Below, piece by piece: positions 18,916-27,857 of a stretch of 43,872 nt of DNA. The notes below the pieces were generated by a model. It did not search any database, was not told the origin of the DNA, and was given only the letters and a program-made list of their open reading frames with translations. Numbering within the stretch: position 1 is the first letter of the stretch; each line of letters starts with the position of its first letter. A program made the position numbers and the translations under genes. The stretch comes from an uncultured archaeon (lineage in GTDB: Archaea > Nanobdellota > Nanobdellia > Woesearchaeales > CAIVOO01): positions 1 to 43,872 of the forward strand of contig CAIMOB010000004.1 in NCBI GenBank assembly GCA_903842985.1, written 5' to 3'.

Positions 18916-20026
18916 TTCTTTCAAAATCCTGCGCTGTTTTTTCCCATGAATGCGCCTGCATTGATATTCTTGCGTTTGCCCCAAGCTTCTCCCTTAAATC
19001 AGGCTTGTCTAGAAGTTCCCTAAGTTCGTACTCAAGCGCATCAACGCTGTTTCTCGGGAAGAAATAGCCGTTGTATCCTTTCTTCACAAAATCAACGATT
19101 CTTCCGACAGGCGTTGCAAGCACAGGCAGGCCAACTGCCATCGCCTCCATCGTTGCAAGCGAGGTTGTCTCTGTCACGCTCGGCATCACAAAAATATCCA
19201 TTGCCTGCAGGTATTTCAGTACACTGTCAACAAATCCAGTTATAATCACATCAGGATGCTCCCTGAACAATTCTTCCTCTTCCCCGCCGCCAACTATAAG
19301 AAGCTTGGCTTTGTATTTTCCGCTGATTTTAACAAATGCCTCATACAATGTCTCGACATTCTTCTCCTTGCTTATCCTCCCGCAGTAGCCAACTACAAGC
19401 GTGCCAGGAGAAATGTGCACTGCCTTTTTCGCCTTTTCCCTGTCTTCGGCAGGCCTGAATTTGTTTGTGTCAATCCCAAGCATTACATCCCTCATCTCAT
19501 TTCGTATTCCAATTTCCTTCAGACTTTTCTTTGTATACTCAGAAGGCACTAGTAAAAAATCGCATTTTTTGTAAAGCCATTTTGTGGCATGTCTTACAAT
19601 AAATGAGACAATCTTCTTCAGCCAGGTGGATGAAACAATAACAGGAAACTGCTCCCAGCTCATCTGGTGCACAAATGAATAGACAGGCTTTCCAAGCCTT
19701 TTTGCATAAACAATCGAGGCAGCGCCGGCAAGCAGGACATCCTGCGCCACAACAACGTCTGCCTCTGCAACATATTTTTTTATCTGTTTCAGCACATTTC
19801 TTGAAAACCTGACAGAACTGTAGCCAGTGATATGAATTATTCTTGACAATGGCAGCTTAACAATCTTTATGTTATCTCTTTCAATCTCCCCGGCATTGCC
19901 CTTGAACGCAGGCGCGAGCACAGTAACCTGATGGCTCCTGGCCAATCTTGGTATAACCTCATCAAGAAACCTGACTACACCATCCTTCTTTGGGTGAAAT
20001 GTGTCAACTGCGATTAATATTTTCAT
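18899..20026 (-). CDS. GT4 family glycosyltransferase
   Basis: MKILIAVDTFHPKKDGV, GRISKEKN, ETTSLATMEAMA (EX7E); true start ATG 20026. Confidence 0.92.
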   Translation of the reverse strand: MKILIAVDTFHPKKDGVVRFLDEVIPRLARSHQVTVLAPAFKGNAGEIERDNIKIVKLPLSRIIHITGYSSVRFSRNVLKQIKKYVAEADVVVAQDVLLAGAASIVYAKRLGKPVYSFVHQMSWEQFPVIVSSTWLKKIVSFIVRHATKWLYKKCDFLLVPSEYTKKSLKEIGIRNEMRDVMLGIDTNKFRPAEDREKAKKAVHISPGTLVVGYCGRISKEKNVETLYEAFVKISGKYKAKLLIVGGGEEEELFREHPDVIITGFVDSVLKYLQAMDIFVMPSVTETTSLATMEAMAVGLPVLATPVGRIVDFVKKGYNGYFFPRNSVDALEYELRELLDKPDLREKLGANARISMQAHSWEKTAQDFERIITSG

Positions 20027-20037
20027 TTTAACGAACC

Positions 20038-20676
20038 TTATTTTTCCTTGCAAAAAACTTCTGCAAACCTGCACCTATTTTCAAGCCCTGCCTTCAAATT
20101 TTTTATGTAAATGCTCCAGATTATATAAAATATGTACTTGTGCTGGCTCTTAAACATTTTTATTGCAGAGACTTTCTTCTTCATTGTGCCTGAAATGTCA
20201 ACATAAAGCTTTGGAAGGTTCCTTTTCACAACGCTGATTGGGTTCCAGATGTCAAATGTGTAAACTTCTGTCCTGGCATTCTTAAGCGCCTCAAGAACAA
20301 TGCTGTGGACAGCCTGATGGTCCGGATGCGGGTCGCTTGCAGAGTGCGTGAAAACCTTTTCAGGCATGTGCGTCTTCACCATCTTCTGAATCAAATCCTT
20401 TATCTTTTTCTTTCTGATGTCCTCTATGAAATTGCCTTCCTTCAGCCCGAGAAAAATATCCCTTTTGCATCCCAGAATCCGGTGCGCGCTCTTTGCCTCC
20501 TTCACCCTCATCTCTGTGCTGAACTCCCTCTTCATCAGCGGATGCGCTCGCTCGCCATAGGAGAAAACTACAACAATGACTTCATAGTTTTTTTCAGCGT
20601 ACTTCGCCATTGTCCCGCCTGCGCCAAGCACATCATCATCAGGATGCGCGCAGAAGACAATTATTGATTTTTTCAT
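20038..20676 (-). CDS. PIG-L/LmbE family N-acetylglucosaminyl deacetylase
   Basis: AHPDDD..GAGGT, R..EA, HPDH, FKSQ motifs. Confidence 0.9.
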   Translation of the reverse strand: MKKSIIVFCAHPDDDVLGAGGTMAKYAEKNYEVIVVVFSYGERAHPLMKREFSTEMRVKEAKSAHRILGCKRDIFLGLKEGNFIEDIRKKKIKDLIQKMVKTHMPEKVFTHSASDPHPDHQAVHSIVLEALKNARTEVYTFDIWNPISVVKRNLPKLYVDISGTMKKKVSAIKMFKSQHKYIFYIIWSIYIKNLKAGLENRCRFAEVFCKEK

Positions 20677-20689
20677 TTTAAAATAAAAA

Positions 20690-20760
20690 TGCGCCGGCCG
20701 AATAAAGAAAATCTCGACTTCATCGGGATTTTCAGACCCGTCCGCGCTCTGCGCCGGCCG
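20690..20760. repeat. 11-bp direct repeat TGCGCCGGCCG (tRNA-Gly 3' end) at 20690-20700 and 20750-20760
   Basis: Exact copies 60 bp apart. The spacer contains a hairpin, GAAAATCCCGAT-GAA-GTCGAGATTTTC on the minus strand. Confidence 0.9.
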
Positions 20761-20820
20761 GGCGGCGACCCCGGGTAAACGGCTTGGAAGGCCGTTGTCA
20801 TACCACTAGACCACCGGCGC
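20750..20820 (-). tRNA. tRNA-Gly(TCC) with non-canonical T-loop
   Basis: GCGCCGG/CCGGCGC+A acceptor, GTCTAGTGGTATGAC D-arm, ACGGC-CTTCCAA-GCCGT anticodon arm. T-stem is CCGGG/CCCGG but the loop reads GTCGCCG instead of TTCRANY. Confidence 0.75.
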
Positions 20821-20848
20821 GGACTGAGAAATCTTAAAAATAACTCAT

Positions 20849-21880
20849 TTATAAATCTTCTTGTAATATCTCAATAAACCTCTTGAAACCCTCTGCCTTG
20901 AGTATTATAGCTGAAGACTGCGGATGCCCCCCTCCAAACCCTTCAACCTCTTTAAGTGTTTTTTCAACAACTTTCCTTAGGTCAACAATATGCGACCTTA
21001 ATGAGCATTTCATTTCATCCCCTTTTTTCCTTGCAATCACAATTGTCCATTCCGGATGCCTGTAAAATACTGCATTTGCAATTTCGCTTGACAGGCTTGT
21101 CGTCTTTTCAGTGTATTCAAAGACATAAAGATTGCCATTTGCCTTTACTTTCAGCGCCTCCTTAAGCAGCTCTTCATACTCCCTGCTTATTTTCAGGCAT
21201 CTCTTGCAGATTAATTTTCCCCTTTCAGTTGTCTGATTCAGGATTTCATACGGGCTTTCAATTCTTGTCAGAATTTTTATCGCTTTTTTAACATCCTCGC
21301 TCCCGCCCTTTAGATTAAAGCCTAAAATCGATATCAGCTTGGTAAGCCCAGACTCAAACTGCATCTTGTTCCTGTCTTTTATCTTTGGGTTGAGTATGTC
21401 AGGGTACTCCTTTGCAAAATCCTTTACAAAATCAGCATTTCCGCCGTCGCCAAGCGTGCCTATTGTCCCCAGCCACAGGTCTTTCTTGACAGCTTCGTAG
21501 CATATCTGCGAAGCAGGGATATAGGAGTCCTTGTCCTTGATTTTCGGATTGAAATATTTTACATTCTTTATCTCGTACGGACCGTGATGGTCTATCCAAA
21601 TCACAGGAAGCTTGACTTCATCAACAAATTCCTGGTCAAGCTGCGCAACATCAAGGATAAAAATCTTGTCTGGGTCATAGTCTTTTACAAATCTGACGAA
21701 TTCCTTTGTTATGCGCGGATTTGTCTTCACAATATGCCCCTTGCCCCTCTGTATGTGCCTGTAGAGCAGGAGGAATGAGCACAATCCGTCAACATCATCG
21801 TGAAAGAAAAACAGAGGTCTTTCTGAGCTTTCCAATTCTTCCTTTATCTCATTCAGTTCTTTCTCGCTAAGCAACTTCAA
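20849..21880 (-). CDS. DHH/DHHA1 family phosphoesterase (RecJ/NrnA-like)
   Basis: HDDVDG, ILD, WIDHH, SLRS, GGGHP motifs; TTG start. Confidence 0.9.
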   Translation of the reverse strand: MKLLSEKELNEIKEELESSERPLFFFHDDVDGLCSFLLLYRHIQRGKGHIVKTNPRITKEFVRFVKDYDPDKIFILDVAQLDQEFVDEVKLPVIWIDHHGPYEIKNVKYFNPKIKDKDSYIPASQICYEAVKKDLWLGTIGTLGDGGNADFVKDFAKEYPDILNPKIKDRNKMQFESGLTKLISILGFNLKGGSEDVKKAIKILTRIESPYEILNQTTERGKLICKRCLKISREYEELLKEALKVKANGNLYVFEYTEKTTSLSSEIANAVFYRHPEWTIVIARKKGDEMKCSLRSHIVDLRKVVEKTLKEVEGFGGGHPQSSAIILKAEGFKRFIEILQEDL

Positions 21881-22454
21881 TCACCTTTGCTTTCCTGACG
21901 CATTCCTCAACCATGTTCTTAATGTTTGCCTTTTCCTCTTCCTTCTCAACTGCCTCAAGCCTTGCCTTTGTCGCAACGCTCTTTGGAAGCCAGCAGCATT
22001 CATGCGCCTCTTTTATTGAAATCGCATATGTCCCGAATTTTTTTGCAAGTGTTACAGTTTCTTCCTTATCCCTTGTCAGTAATGGCCTTAATATCTTAAT
22101 TTTAACTGCCTTGTCCTCAACAAACATGTTGTCCAGTGTCTGCGATGCAACCTGCCCAAGATTTTCTCCTGTAACAATGAATCCGCATTTCTCTTTTTCA
22201 GCGATTTTTTCCGCAACCCTCAGCATAAGCCTCTTGCAGTAGAGGCAGGTATATTTTTTCTCTGAATTTCCAAATCCGCTTAAGTCATGCGGGACAAAGA
22301 ATATTTTTTTAATTCCAATATTCATTGCAAGCTTCTTTACTTTTTCGCTTTCCTCTCCAAAATGAACTCCAACAAGCTCCACTCCCTTGTCTGCCAGCAG
22401 CCTGCCTGCAACAGGGCTGTCTATTCCTCCTGAGATAAGCAAAATAGCTTTCAT
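21867..22454 (-). CDS. ThiI-type PP-loop sulfurtransferase, catalytic domain only
   Basis: LISGGIDSPVA, CLYCKR, TGENLGQVASQT, RPL; no N-terminal THUMP domain. Confidence 0.85.
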   Translation of the reverse strand: MKAILLISGGIDSPVAGRLLADKGVELVGVHFGEESEKVKKLAMNIGIKKIFFVPHDLSGFGNSEKKYTCLYCKRLMLRVAEKIAEKEKCGFIVTGENLGQVASQTLDNMFVEDKAVKIKILRPLLTRDKEETVTLAKKFGTYAISIKEAHECCWLPKSVATKARLEAVEKEEEKANIKNMVEECVRKAKVIEVA

Positions 22455-22512
22455 TTGCCCACTAAAACAGGGCTTATTTTTAAGCTTATTTATGACTACT
22501 TTGGAATGACAT

Positions 22513-22532
22513 CAAACCAAAAGGTTTATATA
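22513..22532 (+). promoter_or_regulatory. BRE/TATA promoter of the lytic transglycosylase gene
   Basis: CAAACCAAAAGGTTTATATA; TATA starts 30 nt before ATG 22555. The first 18 bp are identical to 32557-32574. Confidence 0.75.
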
Positions 22533-22554
22533 TGAGTTATTCAGCATTTCATAT

Positions 22555-23826
22555 ATGCAAATACGAAAAGTATACGGAAGGGGGCCGAAAAGAAACAGCT
22601 TTTGGCAGTGCTTTGGATTGACAGGCATTTCAGTGCCTCTGGCATTTTTTTCCTATTATTCATTTGCAGACACACCTTCCATTGACAAAAAGTGGGACAA
22701 TGTTTCCAGCTCAATTGATTATTACACTGATAACTTCAAGAGCAATTTGGCTGCAGTAAGCAGAGCATTAGGCATAAGCATAGACTCAATCGATTCAAAT
22801 ATTGTTTCAGTGGAAGCTGAGCCTAAAAATGTGATTTCTGTTTCATCCATTGCATCAGACATCGGAAAGAACATATCCACTCTTGTTAAGGATGTCGTGA
22901 AAACAGTGCAGCCACCTGCAAGGGTAGCTTTGCCTGGTCCGGTCAAAATACTTCCCTACATTCCTCCTGAAATAACCATCAAGCCCGCGCCAAGGCCAGA
23001 CCTTGAGTATCTCTATCTTGACAGCAAGCTTGAAAAAGCAATCCAGAAAAAAATAAAATATTACACTGGCTGCGAGGTCCATAAAAAACACACCTACTGC
23101 AGGATGACTGGCTATTCATTTCTTGCGAGCGAATCAACAAGGTTCGATGACTTCATCCTTGAGGGGCTGGCGAAAACAAAGTATGTCAAAGACGGCCTTA
23201 TCAGGTCAATCGGGTCAAATGAATCGTTGTTCAAGCTGAATGCAGTTTCAGGCAAGGGCGCAGAAGGCCCTATGCAATGCATGCCAGAAACTTCAAAAGG
23301 CTTGGGCGTCATGGTAACCCGCCATTTCACAGACAGCATGTTCCCTTCAATATTCATAGAAAGCGCGAAGCATCTCGATAGGATGGCTGAAAAATTCGGA
23401 GGAAACATCATGCTCGCGCTCGTCGGCTACAACTGGCGCGAGGATAAGGCGCAGAAGCTTTATGAAAGATTTGGGAATGATGCAAAATACCATGAGATTT
23501 ATGATAAAATACCTGCTGAGACGCGAGATTACCTGAGGGATGTTCTTTCGCTTCAGAGAGTATATGAGAATCGCGATAAATATGGGCTTGCCGTAAACAA
23601 AAGGCAGCTGTTTTCAAGCATGATAGATTTTGTTTACATTGTCAGAGACGGCGAGCACCTGAGGCGGATAGCAAGGGACTTTGACAGGCCCTATTCGAAT
23701 GTCCGTGATCTCAATCCGCAGATAAGGGACCCTGAATCTATTGTGCCTGGAATGAAAATCTACATGCCGAAGAGAGGCATAACCTCTGATTTGGGCTATC
23801 TTTACGCAGCTCTTCCTGGAAAATAA
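22555..23826 (+). CDS. lytic transglycosylase (SLT/GH23, MltD-like) with C-terminal LysM domain
   Basis: N-terminal hydrophobic anchor; catalytic NES, AVSGKGAEGPMQCMPET, LVGYNW, PAETRDY; LysM YIVRDGEHLRRIA...LNPQIRDPESIVPGMKIYMP. Confidence 0.88.
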   Translation: MQIRKVYGRGPKRNSFWQCFGLTGISVPLAFFSYYSFADTPSIDKKWDNVSSSIDYYTDNFKSNLAAVSRALGISIDSIDSNIVSVEAEPKNVISVSSIASDIGKNISTLVKDVVKTVQPPARVALPGPVKILPYIPPEITIKPAPRPDLEYLYLDSKLEKAIQKKIKYYTGCEVHKKHTYCRMTGYSFLASESTRFDDFILEGLAKTKYVKDGLIRSIGSNESLFKLNAVSGKGAEGPMQCMPETSKGLGVMVTRHFTDSMFPSIFIESAKHLDRMAEKFGGNIMLALVGYNWREDKAQKLYERFGNDAKYHEIYDKIPAETRDYLRDVLSLQRVYENRDKYGLAVNKRQLFSSMIDFVYIVRDGEHLRRIARDFDRPYSNVRDLNPQIRDPESIVPGMKIYMPKRGITSDLGYLYAALPGK

Positions 23827-23880
23827 TCCCACTGGACATCCCTTCACAAACCTTATATATTTTTCTGACTTATTATTTTT

Positions 23881-25110
23881 ATGCACGCCGGAAAAAACTG
23901 CCTAAAATGCAAAGGAAGGCTTCAGTGCGGAGCTTCGTTCTGCCCGATAATAGCAAAGGCAGCTGCAAGAGTAAGAGTTGTGGATGCGCTCGAAAAGCCT
24001 GAGTTCTCAGGCGAAGCCCCTACTGTTTTTGTCGGGCGCGTTGGCTACCCTTTTGTGAATGTCGGGCTGATGTCAACGCAGGCAGAGGATTCTGCGATTT
24101 ATGACGCGCCTCGTACATGGTCAGCTGAGAACTACGAGATTCCCAGGATAATTGACCTTCGTTCCGGCTTGATTAACTCGCGCTTCCAGTCAAATGTCAG
24201 GGAGAAAAGCAAATTCCTTGAGCTTTCTCAGGAAGTTGCAATGGCTTCAAAGCCTGCAGATGTTGACATAACACTGAAAGACAAGCCGAAAGTAAAGATT
24301 TCATTCAAAAGCAACGAAGCTCCCATGGGTCCCTCTGCAAAACTTGTGAAAGCTGAATTGACTGAAAATCCCAAGATTGACAAGAAAGTTGACTATGTTG
24401 TTTCTGACTATGACTTCAAGGCAACTGACGCGCTCGCTTATCTTCAGGAAAAGGGCTTTGAAGAGAATTTCCTTTCAAGATTATTGAGCATCGGGAATCT
24501 TGGGGTGAAGGCGCAGAGGAAATTAGTGCCGACACGCTGGAGCATAACAGCAACAGATGACATGCTTGCAAAGAATCTCATGGCAGAGATAAAAGATTTC
24601 CCTGCAATTAACGACCACATTGCTTTCTTCGGGAATTACCTTGGAAATTTTTATCTGGTCCTGATGTTCCCCGAAATCTGGTCCTATGAACTGTTTGAGA
24701 CATACATGCCAAAGACAAGCTGGAATACAGAGGATAAGATAAACTTCATGACAGACAATGAAGGCTATGAAGGAAGGAAAGATTACGCAGAGAACTGCTC
24801 CGGCGGATATTATTCTGTCAGATTGGCAATTCTTGAGAAGCTGAAGCAGATAAAAAGGCAGGCGTCTGTCCTGGCTCTTCGTTTCATTACAGATGATTAT
24901 TATCTGCCTTTGGGCGTCTGGGTTACCCGCGAGGCAACAAGAAAAGCACTGATGAGCAAGCCAATTGCCTTTGATTCAAAGGAGAGGATGCTTCACTACG
25001 CCAAACTGCTTGCGCAGAAGCGCTGGAGCTATGACGCAGAAAACCTTTTAAAGGAAAGCAGGCTGCTGAAGGAGATGAAACAGCAGTCAAAACTGAGCAG
25101 GTTCGCATGA
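23881..25110 (+). CDS. nreA: Nre family DNA repair protein
   Basis: CLKCKG...CG...CP, VFVGRVGYP, RKLVPTRWSITATD, GGYYSVR, PLGVW; C-terminal PIP box QSKLSRF. Confidence 0.92.
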   Translation: MHAGKNCLKCKGRLQCGASFCPIIAKAAARVRVVDALEKPEFSGEAPTVFVGRVGYPFVNVGLMSTQAEDSAIYDAPRTWSAENYEIPRIIDLRSGLINSRFQSNVREKSKFLELSQEVAMASKPADVDITLKDKPKVKISFKSNEAPMGPSAKLVKAELTENPKIDKKVDYVVSDYDFKATDALAYLQEKGFEENFLSRLLSIGNLGVKAQRKLVPTRWSITATDDMLAKNLMAEIKDFPAINDHIAFFGNYLGNFYLVLMFPEIWSYELFETYMPKTSWNTEDKINFMTDNEGYEGRKDYAENCSGGYYSVRLAILEKLKQIKRQASVLALRFITDDYYLPLGVWVTREATRKALMSKPIAFDSKERMLHYAKLLAQKRWSYDAENLLKESRLLKEMKQQSKLSRFA

Positions 25111-25559
25111 TAAATGAAAAATTCAAAAAAGCGTTGAAGACATTGTCTGAGAGGTTTAAAGAAAAAAATCTGAAGTGGGCGCTTACAGGGAGCGCAAACA
25201 TGGCGCTTCAGGGAATGGAAATTGAGTCAAATGACATTGATGTTATTGTTAACCTGGAAGATTTCAAAAAAATAAAGGAAATGTTATCTGACTTGCGCCC
25301 TTCTGCTGCTGAAAAATCAAAATTCGGCGGGCTAAAGTTCAAATTGGTTATTGGCGGCGCAGAAGTCGAAATTATAGGCGAAGCAAGAAATGACAAAATT
25401 TACCTCCACTCGCTGCTTGAAAAAAATCTGACTCATGTAAATATTGACGGAATTAAAATTCCATGCTTCACGCTTGAACTGGAAGCCAAGGCCTATTCTC
25501 TGATTAACCGCGAACAAAAAGCTGATTCAATCAGGAAGTTTATTGAAGAAAGACGGTAA
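25107..25559 (+). CDS. Pol-beta superfamily minimal nucleotidyltransferase
   Basis: ALTGSANMALQG...NDIDV (GS...DxD); coupled to nre (ATGA). Confidence 0.8.
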   Translation: MINEKFKKALKTLSERFKEKNLKWALTGSANMALQGMEIESNDIDVIVNLEDFKKIKEMLSDLRPSAAEKSKFGGLKFKLVIGGAEVEIIGEARNDKIYLHSLLEKNLTHVNIDGIKIPCFTLELEAKAYSLINREQKADSIRKFIEERR

Positions 25560-25567
25560 GTGAAAGC

Positions 25568-26374
25568 TCACGAATTTTTAACAACAATCTTCTTTAAATC
25601 CCTGACGCCAACGCCGATTTCTCTTGCGTGCTTCAATTGCGGAAGATTCCAAACATCTATTCCCTTCAAGCCTCCGCAGGCCTGAATCTCCCTGCATCCG
25701 ACATAATCCAATGCAACCCTGTCCTCTGAAGCGAAAATCAAATCCTTTTTCACGCTTGGCCCCTTTGCAGGTCCGCAGTCGTACATTATCACTGTGCCGT
25801 CCATCACATTCAAATCAATATCCACAGCCTTGTTCAGTTCAGCAATCTTCATCTGCAGCCTGCTCGTGTGGAACTTCAGCCTGTCAATCCTCTGCATGAT
25901 CCCCATCAAGTTCTTCATTGACATTGAAAAGACAGCCATTGAATGAGTGTGGCAGACAGGGACATTTATCTTATAATAATCTTCATACATTTCCTTTGCA
26001 ATCCTTATTTTCCTGACGCATTCGCCATTCACTTCAACCGACTTGTATTTAAGGAAGTCAACAATTTCTGCCTTGCTCCCCTTCATCGCGTCCAAAAGCC
26101 CATTTGCCTTCATGTTATGCCTTGTCCTCGGCCAGAAAACAGATGAATGGTCGCCAATAATCACTTTCTTTGCGCCTTTTTCAAAGCACAGGTCAGCAAT
26201 TGCCCTTACAACAGCAGGATTCGTAGTTCCCGGATAAGGGTCGTCTGAATTGACATTCGGCTTTATCAAAACCTTTTTTCCTTTGACCGGAAATTTAGAC
26301 ACTAAAGAAATAGCTTTCCAGACAGCTTCTTTTATGTTGCCATCCTTAATCTTTACTCTTGAGACAAGAACCAT
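25568..26374 (-). CDS. DUF362 domain protein
   Basis: VLIKPN, TTNPAVV, INVPVCHTH, SMKNLMG, GP, DRVALD. Confidence 0.88.
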   Translation of the reverse strand: MVLVSRVKIKDGNIKEAVWKAISLVSKFPVKGKKVLIKPNVNSDDPYPGTTNPAVVRAIADLCFEKGAKKVIIGDHSSVFWPRTRHNMKANGLLDAMKGSKAEIVDFLKYKSVEVNGECVRKIRIAKEMYEDYYKINVPVCHTHSMAVFSMSMKNLMGIMQRIDRLKFHTSRLQMKIAELNKAVDIDLNVMDGTVIMYDCGPAKGPSVKKDLIFASEDRVALDYVGCREIQACGGLKGIDVWNLPQLKHAREIGVGVRDLKKIVVKNS

Positions 26375-27108
26375 CAGCGCTTTACCCCTGCAAAAACAAC
26401 ATATTGCTTTGATTTCTTTGTCCAGGGCTTGCCTGAATATTCATACAATTTTACATCAAACCCAATCTTTTCTGCAATCCTCTTTATTTTAAGCGTGTCA
26501 AATATTCCCAGCTTATGAACCTCACTGCCGAAGTGGAATTTTTTATTCTTGAACAATATATAAGCCATGTCCAAAAAAGCGTAATTCCCTTTCCGTATCG
26601 ATTTTGAAAATCTTACAATATCCACCTCTTTGTTGCTCTGGCTGTTTACATATGCATGGCTTTTCTGGTTAAATCTTTCCCTGTTGAATCCCATGTCAAA
26701 AATCATCAGTCCGCCCTTCTTCAGGTGCCTGTGGAAATTTCTTATTGTTTTTTCCATCTGCCTGTAGCTTAAATTGTAGCATATTGTGCTGAACAGGCAC
26801 AGGACAATGTCAAATTTTTTCTTAAGCCTAAAATTCCTCATGTCTCCCTGGTCAAGCCTTATTTTTTTGGTCTTCTTCCTTGCCACAGCAAGCATCTCTT
26901 TGTTCAGGTCAACCCCTGTAATCCTGAACCCTTTTTTCTGCAGGATTACTGCGTGGTTTCCTGTGCCGCAGCCGACTTCAAGAATTTCCTTCCCTTTTAT
27001 CCCATTCTTTTTTATCAGGCGAAGCAGAAAATCTGTCTCCTTTTTGTAATCCTTTATCTGGTAAATCAAGTCATAATACTTTGCAAAGCGCTTGAAAAGA
27101 TACTCCAT
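26374..27108 (-). CDS. class I SAM-dependent methyltransferase
   Basis: ILEVGCGTG, GVDLN, QGDMR, LKKGGLMIFD. Confidence 0.92.
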   Translation of the reverse strand: MEYLFKRFAKYYDLIYQIKDYKKETDFLLRLIKKNGIKGKEILEVGCGTGNHAVILQKKGFRITGVDLNKEMLAVARKKTKKIRLDQGDMRNFRLKKKFDIVLCLFSTICYNLSYRQMEKTIRNFHRHLKKGGLMIFDMGFNRERFNQKSHAYVNSQSNKEVDIVRFSKSIRKGNYAFLDMAYILFKNKKFHFGSEVHKLGIFDTLKIKRIAEKIGFDVKLYEYSGKPWTKKSKQYVVFAGVKR

Positions 27109-27141
27109 AGAATATTATTCAATTAAATGATATTTAAATAT

Positions 27142-27723
27142 TTATGTAAAAATTCCTGCTTCGTAAAGCTTTTCTATCAAATCTTTCTGGTCATGCTTTT
27201 CTCTCGTAACTATTTCTCTTACATCAGCAGATCCATATTTCATCTTGCTGTTTGGTCTGGTTTTATATGCATCATAAAAATCCATTAAGCTAAGCAATGC
27301 AACAATTCTTTTTGGGTCTTTTATCACCATCTTTGGATAGCTGTTCTTCTGCATTACATGATGCAACAGTGCAATATCTGCAATGTCTTCTGAAAAATCA
27401 TGGAAATCATCTACCAGCATTTCGTAACTAAGAATAGGATGCTTTTCCATCTCAGCCATCTCCTCTGCTGTCAGCTTCCCTTCTTTGCCTAAAATCCTTG
27501 GGTCAATCTTCGCTTTTCCGACATCGTGCAAAAGCCCTGAAAGATACATCACAGCAGGGTCTAAGCCAGCTACTTTTGAAGCGTTTAAGCATAGTTCTCC
27601 AACTCTTAGAGAATGATTATAAGTAGGCATATGCACTGTTTTAAGCGGTTCCAAGTGCTTTAAAGCCCTTTCCCCTATCTCTGGTGAGATGCCCAATTCA
27701 TCTAATGTTTTGTATATTTCCAT
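27142..27723 (-). CDS. stand-alone HD-GYP-like phosphohydrolase
   Basis: HSLRV, LLHDVGK, L.KEGKLT.EE...HP, HH...SYP, DFYDA...RP; own promoter AAACGAAAGGTTTATATAC (27764-27746). Confidence 0.82.
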   Translation of the reverse strand: MEIYKTLDELGISPEIGERALKHLEPLKTVHMPTYNHSLRVGELCLNASKVAGLDPAVMYLSGLLHDVGKAKIDPRILGKEGKLTAEEMAEMEKHPILSYEMLVDDFHDFSEDIADIALLHHVMQKNSYPKMVIKDPKRIVALLSLMDFYDAYKTRPNSKMKYGSADVREIVTREKHDQKDLIEKLYEAGIFT

Positions 27724-27857
27724 ATCTGGACTAGAACATCTGCTAGTATATAAACCTTTCGTTTTTTAACTACCAATAAGTGACGAATACAATATAAAAA
27801 CGTTTATAAACAACCCGTGCTTTATACGGATAAAAGGGGCTTATTCTTGGAGTTGAA

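Noticed and set aside
22555-23826. Bacterial contamination explaining the transglycosylase
   Set aside because: It has an archaeal BRE/TATA at normal spacing, tight archaeal flanking genes and similar codon style; this cannot be fully excluded without reads.
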